NCBI RefSeq assembly: GCF_030604225.1
Contig: NZ_JAUVWH010000001.1
Coordinates: 8,413-72,412 of the forward strand
Origin: Geoalkalibacter sp.
GTDB taxonomy: Bacteria > Desulfobacterota > Desulfuromonadia > Desulfuromonadales > Geoalkalibacteraceae
DNA length: 64,000 bases
Reading direction: 5' to 3'
In this document: piece after piece, positions 52,431 to 61,817 of the stretch
How positions within the stretch are numbered: the stretch's first letter is position 1
Layout of the letters: the number at the start of each line of letters is the position of its first letter
The notes under the pieces: model-generated
Told to the model about the DNA's origin: nothing
What the model saw: the letters and a program-made list of their open reading frames with translations, nothing else
The model's database searches: none
Position numbers and translations under genes: made by a program

Positions 52431-54189
52431 CGCAGACTCCAAACGCACCGAATTTACACACCTGCATGCAGACCTCGCAACCCACGCAGATCAGCTTGTC
52501 GATTTCCGCCTGACCCTTGGTTCCGGCCGTCGGATTCCATTTGATGGCAGGACAGCCGAGCTTGAGGCAGGCCTTGCAGGCCGTGCATTTGTCGGCGTCG
52601 ACAAACAGGGGTGGTTTTCTCTGGATCAGGTCGCGCTTGTGCAGCATGCAGGCGCGCCGGGTGATGATGACGCTAACCTCGGGGCGCTCCATCTCGCGCT
52701 TGATCAGCTCGCGGGTTTCCTCCAGGCCATAGGGGTCGATGGTGTACACATGCTTGACCCCCACCGAGCGACACAAGCCTTCGAGATCCACCTGGTAGCT
52801 GGGGTCGCCTTTGAGGCTGTAGCCCGTGCCGGGATGGTCCTGGCGGCCGGTCATGCCCGTGGTGCTGTTGTCGAGAATGATCAGGGTGGCGGTGGAGCCG
52901 TTGTAGACCATGTCGATCAGGCCGTTGATGCCGGTGTGCAGGAAGGTCGAATCGCCGATGACGGCCACCACCTTTTTCTGCTCCTCGGGAGGCAACACCT
53001 TGCTGATGCCGGTGGCGTTGCCGATGCTGGCACCCATGCACACGCAAGTGTCCATGGCCGAGAGCGGCGGCATGAAGCCCAGGGTGTAGCAACCGATGTC
53101 GCCGGTGACGTAGGCCTTAAGGCGGTTGAGCTCATAGAACACCCCGCGATGGGGACAGCCGGGACACATGTTGGGCGGACGCTGCGGCAGGGTCTCCGTG
53201 GGAGTGAATCCCTCGGGAATTTCCTGTTTGAACAGGCCGGCGGCCACGCGGCCGGGGGTCAGCTCGCCGCAGACCGACAGCAGATCCTTGCCGTGCACCT
53301 CGATACCCATGGCCCGCACCTGCTCTTCGATGAAGGGATCGAGTTCCTCGATGACGTAGAGCGTCTTGCAGCGCGCGGCGAATTCGCGAATCAGTTGCTT
53401 GGGCAGCGGATGCACCAGGCCGAGTTTAAGCACATGGGCCTCGGGCAGCACTTCCTTGGCGTATTGGTAAGCCACGCCGGCGGTGATGACGCCCACATCG
53501 CCCCGGCCTTCCTCGATGCGGTTGAAGGACTGGGAGCAGGACCACTCGGCCATGTTCGCCAGGCGCTCCTCGACAAAGTAGTGCCGCTTGCGGGCATTGC
53601 CGGGCAGCATGACCAGCTTGGCCGGATCACGGACCAGGCTCGGCGCGGGAAGGTTCTCAACCGGCGCCTGGGGATAAACAATGGACTTGGAATGGGAAAT
53701 GCGCGTGGTCGAGCGCACCATGACCGGCGTGTCGAACTGCTCGCTCGCCTCGAACGCCAAGCGGGTGAAGGCGCGCGCCTCCTCGCTGTCGGAGGGCTCG
53801 AACATGGGCACCTTGGCAAAGCGCGCGTAATGGCGGCTGTCCTGCTCGTTCTGGGACGAATGCAGTTCTGGGTCGTCGGCGACGATCAGCACCAGACCGC
53901 CGCGCACGCCTGTATAGGAGAGAGTGAACAGGGGATCGGCCGCCACGTTGACACCCACGTGCTTCATGGTGCACAGGGCGCGCGCGCCGCCGAAGCAGGC
54001 GCCGATGGCCACCTCCAGGGACACCTTTTCGTTGGGCGCCCAGGAAGAGTCGATGCTGGGATAGTGATGGGCGATGTTTTCAAGAATTTCCGTGCTGGGC
54101 GTGCCGGGATAAGCCGAGGCCACCTTGACGCCTGCTTCGAAGGCGCCGCGGGCAAAGGCTTCATTGCCCGAGAGAATGGTCTTGTCCAT
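52420..54189 (-). CDS. iorA: indolepyruvate:ferredoxin oxidoreductase alpha subunit
   Basis: 589 aa. TPP-enzyme pattern (GDIGCYTLG, GDSTFLHTG) and C-terminal ferredoxin-like Cys clusters CTACKACLKLGCP and CVGCEVCMQVC. Confidence 0.92.
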   Translation of the reverse strand: MDKTILSGNEAFARGAFEAGVKVASAYPGTPSTEILENIAHHYPSIDSSWAPNEKVSLEVAIGACFGGARALCTMKHVGVNVAADPLFTLSYTGVRGGLVLIVADDPELHSSQNEQDSRHYARFAKVPMFEPSDSEEARAFTRLAFEASEQFDTPVMVRSTTRISHSKSIVYPQAPVENLPAPSLVRDPAKLVMLPGNARKRHYFVEERLANMAEWSCSQSFNRIEEGRGDVGVITAGVAYQYAKEVLPEAHVLKLGLVHPLPKQLIREFAARCKTLYVIEELDPFIEEQVRAMGIEVHGKDLLSVCGELTPGRVAAGLFKQEIPEGFTPTETLPQRPPNMCPGCPHRGVFYELNRLKAYVTGDIGCYTLGFMPPLSAMDTCVCMGASIGNATGISKVLPPEEQKKVVAVIGDSTFLHTGINGLIDMVYNGSTATLIILDNSTTGMTGRQDHPGTGYSLKGDPSYQVDLEGLCRSVGVKHVYTIDPYGLEETRELIKREMERPEVSVIITRRACMLHKRDLIQRKPPLFVDADKCTACKACLKLGCPAIKWNPTAGTKGQAEIDKLICVGCEVCMQVCKFGAFGVCDEK

Positions 54190-54250
54190 GGATGTCCTTT
54201 CCAGAGTCGCGATCAGCGGTCAAATGTGCAGGGGAAATTGCGGAACAGGG

Positions 54251-54279
54251 ACTATAGATCAAGCGGGGGAGAAAGTCAA
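54251..54279 (-). promoter_or_regulatory. candidate sigma70 promoter for the ior-paaK operon
   Basis: Minus strand: TTGACT (54279-54274), 17-nt spacer, TATAGT (54256-54251), about 60 nt upstream of the iorA ATG. Confidence 0.4.
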
Positions 54280-54337
54280 TTTCATTCAGGATTATGGGGA
54301 GTTGGCGCCCGCTCCCAGGGAAGCGGGCGCCCGGAAT

Positions 54338-56029
54338 CTATTTGCGCCCGACCAGGGCCTTGGTCACGTTGAAGGTGTGATCGCCGATCTTTTCAAAGCT
54401 GTGCAGCATGTCGATAAAGATCAGGCCGGGCTGCACCGCGCACTCGCCGGTATTGAGACGGGCAATGTGGCCGTTGCGGTAGGTTTCCTCGGTCTGGTTG
54501 ATGGCGCGCTCCATGAACTCGGCCTTGTCCATGACCGAAACATCATTGCGTTCCAGGGCCGAGACGATGAGGGTGAGAAAATCGCGGGTTTTCTGAGCCA
54601 TGTCGGCGATGTCGTTATCGGCGATCTCCGAGAAAATGATCTTCTGCTGCTGCTTGCGCTGCGCCAGCAGCCAGATTTTCTCGCAGTAATCACCGATACG
54701 TTCAAAGTCGTTGACCATATGCATGAGCGAGGCGATGTCCTTGGAGGTTTGGGACGAGATGGGCTGCTGGGAGAGCGCCACCAGGAAGTTGGTGATGTCC
54801 CTTTGCAGCAGGTCGACCATCTCTTCCTTCTTAATCAGGCCCTCCAGGCGCTTTTCGTTCGGCTCCTTGAGATAGAGGGTGGTCTCATCCACCATTTCAA
54901 GACAGATCTGGCCCATGCGGCGGGTTTCGGAACGTGCTTGGCCCAGGGCGATGGGCGGGGTATTCAACACGCGGGTGTCGATGTATTTCAGATGATATTC
55001 GGATATCTCATCCTTACCGCGAATGAGGATGGTTGTGAGTTTGGCCAGGATGCCGATGATAGGCAGGAAAATCAGGGTATTGATGATGTTGAACAGGGTA
55101 TGGGTGTTGGCGATGTGGCGCGCGATGTAAGGGTTGTCGCCTACCCGCATGCCGAAGGCGTCGGCCTGCGCCTGAGTTTGCAGAATCAGGTTGGGATCGC
55201 CCGGCGTGATGGCGGTGATGATCTGTAGAAAAACGGGAAAGAGCACCAGCATGTAGGCCACGCCGATGACGTTGAACAGAAAATGCGCCAAGGCGGTGCG
55301 CCGCGCCGCCAGATTGGTGCCTAGGGCGGCGAGATTGGCGGTGACGGTGGTGCCGATATTCTCCCCGAGAATCAGGGCGACGCTCGACTCGAAGGTCAGC
55401 AGACCGCTGCTGGCCAAGGCCAGGGTGATGGCGATGACCGCGGTACTGCTCTGCACGATGACCGTCATGATGGCCCCGACCAGCACGCCGAGCAGCAGGT
55501 TGTCGCCGATGAGCAGGAAAAACTGGCGGAACTGTTCGCTGGTCTTGAAGGGATCGAAGGCGTCGCGCATGATGGTCAAGCCGAAGAACAGCATGCCGAA
55601 ACCCAGCAGCGCCTCGCCCACATAGGAATAGGTTCGTTTTTTCCGGCAAAAAAGCATGAGCATGACGCCGAAACCGATGGCCGGCAGGGCGTACTTGGTG
55701 ATCTTGAAGGCGATGATCTGGGCCGTGACGGTGGTGCCGATATTGGCGCCAAGCACCACGCCGATGGCCTGCATGAGATTCATCAGGCCGGCGTTGACGA
55801 AACCCACGACCATGACGGTGGTGGCGCTCGATGATTGAATGATGGTGGTGACGCCGATACCGACCAGGGTTCCCATGATGCGGTTGTTGGTGAGGGCGGC
55901 GAGAATCTTGCGCATGCGCTCGCCGGCAAGTTTCTGCAAACCCTCCGACATGATCTTCATGCCGTAGAGAAACAGACCGAGACCACCGAAGAGACCAAAT
56001 AGAAAAGCCTCATTGAGGAGAACAGACAT
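54338..56029 (-). CDS. Na+/phosphate cotransporter family protein with C-terminal PhoU-like repeats
   Basis: 563 aa. N-terminus ...GLGLFLYGMKIMSEGLQKLAGERMRKIL, duplicated membrane halves, and a cytoplasmic tail with ...FERIGDYCEKI / FEKIGDHTFNV PhoU-type motifs. Confidence 0.88.
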   Translation of the reverse strand: MSVLLNEAFLFGLFGGLGLFLYGMKIMSEGLQKLAGERMRKILAALTNNRIMGTLVGIGVTTIIQSSSATTVMVVGFVNAGLMNLMQAIGVVLGANIGTTVTAQIIAFKITKYALPAIGFGVMLMLFCRKKRTYSYVGEALLGFGMLFFGLTIMRDAFDPFKTSEQFRQFFLLIGDNLLLGVLVGAIMTVIVQSSTAVIAITLALASSGLLTFESSVALILGENIGTTVTANLAALGTNLAARRTALAHFLFNVIGVAYMLVLFPVFLQIITAITPGDPNLILQTQAQADAFGMRVGDNPYIARHIANTHTLFNIINTLIFLPIIGILAKLTTILIRGKDEISEYHLKYIDTRVLNTPPIALGQARSETRRMGQICLEMVDETTLYLKEPNEKRLEGLIKKEEMVDLLQRDITNFLVALSQQPISSQTSKDIASLMHMVNDFERIGDYCEKIWLLAQRKQQQKIIFSEIADNDIADMAQKTRDFLTLIVSALERNDVSVMDKAEFMERAINQTEETYRNGHIARLNTGECAVQPGLIFIDMLHSFEKIGDHTFNVTKALVGRK

Positions 56030-56119
56030 GGATTTCTCCAGTACCCGCCAGGGGGAGAGAGATAAGTGTTAGGAAAAGATGAGGATGACGCGAAAAACGC
56101 GCTGAATATAGCGGAAGGG

Positions 56120-56773
56120 TCAGTTTTTTTCAACGGAAAAGGGGAAGCGAAAATCTTCCTCCCCCGACAGAGAAGAATCGGGCATAAAATAGCGCAATTC
56201 AAAGGATTTCATGCGCGTCAAATCCGCCACGAAGTAGATCAGTCCGGAGACGCGGCTACCGGGCAGCAAAATGGATTCCGGCAAGGCCTCGGTGTGCAGG
56301 GTCTGGGGGAAGCGCTGGGGAAAATACGGCAGGGAGCTGTCGAAAGTCGCGGCCTGGGAAACACGGACCGCGTCCTTAAGGTAGTAGTACCCGACGTAGG
56401 GATAGGGGATCAGGTAAAAGGAGTCTCGCGCGATCATCTCCTGGACCTTGGCGGGGGTCAGGGGCGTTGCCTGACGGCCGGTTTCGTCCACCAGAAAAAA
56501 CCCGCCGAGGCTCAGGTTAAGTTCCTGGTTGCCGCTGTTGACGGCGGCGACGTGAAAGGACACCAGATTGTCGACGCGCTGATAGGGGCGAACTTCAAGA
56601 TCCTGCACGCGAACGCTCAGGCTCAGGTTGTTCTTGACCTGGGTGATGGATCCCTCGGCCAGGTTGACCTGGGAACCTTCTCCGGGCTGAGGAACGATTT
56701 TCACGCCGGCACAGCCGCACAGAAACAGCAAGGCGCAGAGGGAAAGGGCAACCAGTCGCGTCGTCATGGTCAT
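56120..56773 (-). CDS. lipoprotein of unknown function
   Basis: 217 aa. Lipobox LFLCGC. The ATGA start/stop overlap with the upstream cNMP-domain gene supports translation. No family recognised. Confidence 0.6.
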   Translation of the reverse strand: MTMTTRLVALSLCALLFLCGCAGVKIVPQPGEGSQVNLAEGSITQVKNNLSLSVRVQDLEVRPYQRVDNLVSFHVAAVNSGNQELNLSLGGFFLVDETGRQATPLTPAKVQEMIARDSFYLIPYPYVGYYYLKDAVRVSQAATFDSSLPYFPQRFPQTLHTEALPESILLPGSRVSGLIYFVADLTRMKSFELRYFMPDSSLSGEEDFRFPFSVEKN

Positions 56774-57264
56774 TGACCTCCGGCATGATGGGGCGATTTG
56801 CCCAGAACAAAACGCAGCATTTCGTGAAAATCTTCTTCCGCCGCACGTACCCGCTCGCTGAAAACCCGCACGATATTGCGCATGAGCTTCATGCCCAGAC
56901 GCGGGTGACGCTCACAGAGTTGGTCGAAATCCTTGCGTGTCAGATTGAGCAGCGAAGCCGCTTCGACGATGCGCGCCGTCACGGGGCGCAGGCCCGGAGC
57001 AATCACCGCCAGTTCACCGAAAACATTCTCGGGGCCGAGGATCAGCAAGGTCCGCTCCTCGCCGTCGGGGGACATCCGCGAGATCTGCACCGCTCCCTGC
57101 TGAATCAGATACAGGGATTCGCCGGGCATGTTTTCGATAAAGACCGTGGTGCCCTCGATCATCCGCCGGGGCACGAAGGTTTCTCCCAGCAGGCTCAGCT
57201 CGCCCTCATCAAGTCCCTTGAGCAAGGGGCAATCCCGCAATTCTTCAAAAATCCGCATCTCCAT
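56770..57264 (-). CDS. stand-alone cyclic-nucleotide-binding (CAP effector) domain protein
   Basis: 164 aa. ...CPLLKGLDEGELSLL...GESLYLIQQGAVQI...FGELAVIAPGLRPVTARIVEAASLL.... No HTH and no signal peptide. Confidence 0.8.
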   Translation of the reverse strand: MEMRIFEELRDCPLLKGLDEGELSLLGETFVPRRMIEGTTVFIENMPGESLYLIQQGAVQISRMSPDGEERTLLILGPENVFGELAVIAPGLRPVTARIVEAASLLNLTRKDFDQLCERHPRLGMKLMRNIVRVFSERVRAAEEDFHEMLRFVLGKSPHHAGGQ

Positions 57265-57269
57265 TGCAT

Positions 57270-57740
57270 CTACCGTTTGATGAGCTGGTCGACCTCGACC
57301 GGATGAATGTCCAGAAGATTATCATAGACCACGATTTCCGCACGATCGGGGGGCGGCTGCGAACCGGCGCCGCGGCCGGACAACTGGCCGTTGAGAGTGT
57401 AGCGTTCGGTCCCGGCACCCTTCGCGTGCAGAAAATTCCACACCGCCTGAGCGCGCAGCATGGCCTGGGTCACGCCATCCGCGTCTTTTCCGGCCACGGC
57501 CGAAAATCCCTCGACACGCACCAGTTTCAAGGCCGGATCCAGGTTGCGCAGGCGCGGAAGCAGCGCCAGGATCTGGGCTTCGCCCTGTTTATCGAGATCG
57601 GTGGAACCTTCCGGAAAATAAATGGTTCCCAACACCTGGCGACTTGAAAAAAAAGCGTCGATGTCCCGCGCCGAGGAGTGAGGGGCAAGGGTCAACAGGA
57701 AGCAAAATGCCGCCCCCAGCACCAAGCTGATCGTTTTCAC
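57270..57740 (-). CDS. secreted OmpA_C-like (degenerate) protein
   Basis: 156 aa with a GTG start. Signal peptide ...LLTLAPHSSA. IYFPEGSTDL...LVRVEGFSAVAG....LRAQAVWNFL...RAEIVVY parallels the OmpA_C layout but has GFS in place of GHTD. Confidence 0.6.
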   Translation of the reverse strand: MKTISLVLGAAFCFLLTLAPHSSARDIDAFFSSRQVLGTIYFPEGSTDLDKQGEAQILALLPRLRNLDPALKLVRVEGFSAVAGKDADGVTQAMLRAQAVWNFLHAKGAGTERYTLNGQLSGRGAGSQPPPDRAEIVVYDNLLDIHPVEVDQLIKR

Positions 57741-59254
57741 CGGGACGACTCCTTGGGCAGCAGTACCAGAATTTCGACCCGGCGATTGGCGGCGCGCCCC
57801 TCAACCGTATCGTTATCGGCAATGGGCTGATCCTGACCGAAACCCTTGACGAAAATCCGCGCCGGGTCAAGACCCTCATGATTGACGATATGGGCGCCCA
57901 GGGAAATCGCGCGCCGCAGCGAAAGACGTGAATTGTACTGTTCCGATCCGACATTGTCGGTGTGACCGTCGATGCGCAGCAAAAACCAGCGGCCATCCTC
58001 ACGCAGGTTTTGGAGGATGTCGAAAACCGCCTGGCGTCCCTCCTCGGAGAGGGTCCACTGGTCATGGGCGAAAGTCAATGCCGGCAGACGGAACTTACGA
58101 TAAACGAAGGTCTTGATCGCGGTATCGCCGCCCCCGTCCCCGTTCTCGGCGACAGCCTCCCCTTCGCCCTCCTCCGCCAGATCCTGGGTCTCGGTGGATG
58201 TCATGGGCGCAATGGCGCTGAATCCGCGGGTGCGAACCGCCGGGGACTCTTCGAGGGGCAGCCGTTCGGCGCGGCTCAGCACGACCTCGGCGGCCTGACC
58301 CGGCGGCGGCACCGGCACCTCGAGTTTTTCCACCCCGGTCAGGGCGCGTGGTCGAGCCTGCGCGGCGAGCAAGGGCGAGAGGGGACGGATCAGGGGAATC
58401 GGCCCGGCGGCTTCCTCGCCTTCCTTGACTTCGAGAGGATCGGGCGGCTGGATCACGCGAGGCACCGGCGTAAAATAGGTGCCCACCCCCTGGGTGGTCG
58501 ACATGCCGAGCAGAACCCGCCAGCCCGGACTGGCATCGTAGAGGCCGAAACCCACCCCAAGGTTGAGGGTCAGGTGGGGAGAGGCGAAATACTGAAGACC
58601 GACGGTGGCTTCGCCCTCATCCCCCCTCCCCGCCTCTTTTTCCGTGGCGTAGCTGACTTCGGCAATGAGGCGCGCGCGGGGGTTCGGATAGAATTCAATG
58701 CCTCCGCCGGCGACGACCTGGTCATCGAAAACGGCATCCGCCGGGTTGTCGTTGATCTGGTAGCCGACATTGGCGTGCACGCCGAACCGTTCGGGGCGGT
58801 AACTGACAATCATGCGCCCCAGGTAGCTGTTGATGCCGTCGCGTCCCGGCTGGTCCGACACCGAGCGGCGGCCCTGGATATCCAGGGCCAGCTTGAACGG
58901 GGCGGAGCGCTTGCCGAGAATGCGCGACTTGAAGCCCAGGGCCACATCGCCCTTGCCGCTTTGCAGGTCGTCGTCGTTGAACAGCAGGTTGGGATAGGAA
59001 CCGTAGACTTCGAGAAAGGAGCCCAGGCCCAGGGTCAGGGCGGCGGGGACAATGGTTGCCGAACCGCTGTCGGAATCGGAGTGATCGAGCCACAAGCCGA
59101 AGCTGAGATTGCCGGCGTCCAGGGTTTCGGCGTTCGGCTGGGTCAGCAGGCCGCTGATGCCGAACTGGGTTGGAACCGCGCCACCAGGAGCTGGAAACAT
59201 CAGCCCCAAGGCCAGGATGCTCGAAGCAAGCAACATGACGGTGGCGGTTCTCAT
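57737..59254 (-). CDS. OmpA-family outer membrane protein (putative barrel + Pro-rich/acidic linker + OmpA_C domain)
   Basis: 505 aa. Signal peptide MRTATVMLLASSILALGL. The C-terminus ...LLRIDGHTDNVGSEQYNSRLSLRRAISL...GRAANRRVEILV is a canonical OmpA_C peptidoglycan-binding domain. Confidence 0.8.
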   Translation of the reverse strand: MRTATVMLLASSILALGLMFPAPGGAVPTQFGISGLLTQPNAETLDAGNLSFGLWLDHSDSDSGSATIVPAALTLGLGSFLEVYGSYPNLLFNDDDLQSGKGDVALGFKSRILGKRSAPFKLALDIQGRRSVSDQPGRDGINSYLGRMIVSYRPERFGVHANVGYQINDNPADAVFDDQVVAGGGIEFYPNPRARLIAEVSYATEKEAGRGDEGEATVGLQYFASPHLTLNLGVGFGLYDASPGWRVLLGMSTTQGVGTYFTPVPRVIQPPDPLEVKEGEEAAGPIPLIRPLSPLLAAQARPRALTGVEKLEVPVPPPGQAAEVVLSRAERLPLEESPAVRTRGFSAIAPMTSTETQDLAEEGEGEAVAENGDGGGDTAIKTFVYRKFRLPALTFAHDQWTLSEEGRQAVFDILQNLREDGRWFLLRIDGHTDNVGSEQYNSRLSLRRAISLGAHIVNHEGLDPARIFVKGFGQDQPIADNDTVEGRAANRRVEILVLLPKESSR

Positions 59255-59355
59255 TCAAATCCTTTCCCTTGGGCAGCTTGGGTCGATCCACTATGGCAAA
59301 AAAATAATTAATCGGATCTTAATACTATTGGCGTTCAAAATCAATCCCTGATTAC

Positions 59356-59877
59356 CTACCGACTTTCACGCAAGGACAGATACTGCTGCATGTAGCCGAT
59401 ATAGTTTTCCGCGGAAAGCTTCAGGTGCGCCAGCTCCTTGTCGTTGAGCGCCCGCTTGACGCGTGCCGGGCTGCCCAGGGCCAGGTGCCCCGAAGGGATG
59501 TGCGTCCCCGGCGCCACCAGGGACCCGGCGGCGATCAGGCAATCATCCCCGATCACCGCGCCGTCGAGGATGATGGCGCCGATGCCGATCAGGCAGCGAT
59601 TGCCGATGGTGCACCCGTGCAGGGTGACGTTATGGCCGACGGTCACATCGTCGCCGAGAAGGGTCGGATGAATGTGGCGGGTGACGTGGATGACGCTGCC
59701 GTCCTGGATATTGGTGCGCTCGCCGATGCGGATGTGATTGACATCCCCGCGAACGACCACATTGAACCAGAGGCTCGACTGATGACCGATGACGACATCG
59801 CCGATCACCCGGGCGCTTTCCTCGACAAACACCTCTCCTTCAAGACGGGGCTCTGCGTTAACAAAGGGCAGCAACAT
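59356..59877 (-). CDS. gamma-carbonic-anhydrase-like hexapeptide-repeat protein (YrdA/PaaY family)
   Basis: Start re-assigned to ATG at 59877 (AGGAG 7 nt upstream). ...ARVIGDVVIGHQSSLWFNVVVRGDVNHIRIGERTNIQDGSVIHV.... Confidence 0.88.
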   Translation of the reverse strand: MLLPFVNAEPRLEGEVFVEESARVIGDVVIGHQSSLWFNVVVRGDVNHIRIGERTNIQDGSVIHVTRHIHPTLLGDDVTVGHNVTLHGCTIGNRCLIGIGAIILDGAVIGDDCLIAAGSLVAPGTHIPSGHLALGSPARVKRALNDKELAHLKLSAENYIGYMQQYLSLRESR

Positions 59878-59965
59878 GGGAGTCTCCTGAATGAATTTTT
59901 CTATCATGAACCATGCCAAAGAAAGACTGGAAAACAAAAAACCACCGATGGCCCGTCCGAACGAA

Positions 59966-60000
59966 GCAAGCCCGGAAAAGACGGACTTTTCCGGGCTTGC
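59966..60000. terminator. strong hairpin terminator downstream of the IHF-like gene
   Basis: GCAAGCCCGGAAAAG-acgga-CTTTTCCGGGCTTGC, a perfect 15-bp stem. Confidence 0.6.
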
Positions 60001-60090
60001 CAGAATCATTTAAGTCATCAAGCCGGCATCACGCAGGTATACCTCGACCTGCTTTCGGCCAAATGACAACTTTTCGACCCAAGGGAGCGC

Positions 60091-60372
60091 TTAATGACTT
60101 TTGTTGACGCGTTCCCGCAACTCCTTGCCGACTTTGAAAAACGGCAGCTTCTTGGGCTTGACGTGAATGACCTCGCCGGTTTTGGGATTGCGTCCCATGT
60201 AATCCTTGTAATCCTTGACGACGAAACTGCCGAAGCCGCGGATTTCAATCCGGTCGCTCTTGATCAGGGCATCCGTCATGGAATTGAAGATCAGATTGAC
60301 GATTTCCTCGGACTTCTTGTAGGTCAGGTTTTTTTTGCTGGCCAGTTTTTCCACGAGTTCAGACTTGTTCAT
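60091..60372 (-). CDS. ihfB: integration host factor beta-like / HU-family DNA-binding protein
   Basis: Start re-assigned to ATG at 60372. 93 aa. MNKSELVEKLA...RIEIRGFGSF...GRNPKTGE...KVGKELRERVN. Confidence 0.85.
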   Translation of the reverse strand: MNKSELVEKLASKKNLTYKKSEEIVNLIFNSMTDALIKSDRIEIRGFGSFVVKDYKDYMGRNPKTGEVIHVKPKKLPFFKVGKELRERVNKSH

Positions 60373-60498
60373 GGTGCCTCCCCGGGAATCTCGATCACCT
60401 TGGCTCGGACCCCAAAACAATCCTAACCGCCTAAAACCTTTGTCAAAAATATACCCCCTGAGGAAAAGCTGTCAACTTGGCCCGAACTTTTCGCCCCG

Positions 60499-61752
60499 TC
60501 AGAGGGCGGAGATCAGTTTTTGACCTGATTCCTTAAGTTCCGGTGCCAGATCGGGATGCGCCAAAGCCTGCTCAATGAGCGCGCGGCCCTCCTTCTTCCA
60601 ACCACGCGCCAGATAGGTTTCGCCGATGCGCAAGGGCCAACGCGGATTGGCCGGCTCTTGCCGCGCCGCCTGATTGAAGGCATCCAGGGCTTTTTCGAGG
60701 TTGCGTCCGTGGCGCAGCCAGAATTCGGCCAGATAGGCCGATGCGCCGCCCTTGCACCCGCCGCCGCCCGTCGCGGACAGCAACGCCTCGGCTTCGCCGA
60801 GTTCTCCGCGCCGCTCATGCAACGAGGCCGCCAACAACAGCACGTCAAGCTCGGCGGCGCCGGTTCGCAGGGCCTCGCGGGCAGAGCTCAACGCCTGGTC
60901 GGCATTGCCCTCCCGAGCGTGAATGAAGGCCAGGCGCCCCAGACAAAAGGATTTGGCGGTGCCGGTTTCAATGCCGCGCTCGGCCTGTTTCTTCGCCTCA
61001 TTGTAGGCGTTTTGCGCCAGCTCCAGGGTAATGAGCGCCTCCAGGGCCTGCTCATGGGATGGATTGAGTTGCAGGGCTAGATGCAAATCCCGGCGCGCGC
61101 CGGCAAAATCGCCGGTGCGCGCCAAAAGACCGCCGCGCTCAAAGTAGAACAGATCGTCGCGCGCCCCTTCGGCAACCTGGGCATAGAGTTCGACCGCTTC
61201 GGCGTCACGACCATCATGAGCCGCCAGAAAGGCCTTGCGGAACGCGGCGCCGACCCCGGCATAGCGTTGTGCCATCTCGGGCGGATAGGAGCTCAGGGTC
61301 AGTTCAAAACGTGTTTCCTCGTCAAGGTGATCCACCTCGCCGCTATCCGAGGCGTATCCCGCGCCGCCCCCGCAACTTCCGCCGCCGCAGTGACCCGCCG
61401 CCGGAGCGGCAACGAGAGGCGGTGGCGAAGCGGCCTTGCGGCCCAGGGCGTCGGCGATGTTTTGCCGCAACTGACCATCGCGGGCCTGAGCCAGCGCCAG
61501 CTCAAGATGTTCACGCCCCTTGTCCTCGTCGCCGGCACGCCGACAGGCCTCGCCTTCCTCCAGATTAAGCCGGGCCAGACAATCACCTGCCTCAGACAGC
61601 AGATGCGCCAATTCATCCTGCTCGGGGGCGGAAAGAGAATGCGGATCGATGCCTTCGCCGATGCGCAGGGCGTCGGCCCAGCGACTGTCGCGCACGGCGC
61701 CGCGCACCTGATCGAGGGGATTCTTGCGACCGAATAAGCGAGAAAAAACCAT
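60499..61752 (-). CDS. TPR-repeat protein with Gly/Cys-rich inserts
   Basis: 417 aa. Several TPR-like helix pairs (...AEAVELYAQVAEG..., ...ARRDLHLALQLNPSHEQA...). Inserts AGHCGGGSCGGGAGY and GGGGCKGGA. Confidence 0.72.
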   Translation of the reverse strand: MVFSRLFGRKNPLDQVRGAVRDSRWADALRIGEGIDPHSLSAPEQDELAHLLSEAGDCLARLNLEEGEACRRAGDEDKGREHLELALAQARDGQLRQNIADALGRKAASPPPLVAAPAAGHCGGGSCGGGAGYASDSGEVDHLDEETRFELTLSSYPPEMAQRYAGVGAAFRKAFLAAHDGRDAEAVELYAQVAEGARDDLFYFERGGLLARTGDFAGARRDLHLALQLNPSHEQALEALITLELAQNAYNEAKKQAERGIETGTAKSFCLGRLAFIHAREGNADQALSSAREALRTGAAELDVLLLAASLHERRGELGEAEALLSATGGGGCKGGASAYLAEFWLRHGRNLEKALDAFNQAARQEPANPRWPLRIGETYLARGWKKEGRALIEQALAHPDLAPELKESGQKLISAL

Positions 61753-61817
61753 ATGGAGTTCCTGTCGGGCAAAGGCGAACGCCCGGGCCTCTCGGCCGCG
61801 GGCGTCACGGAATGGAT

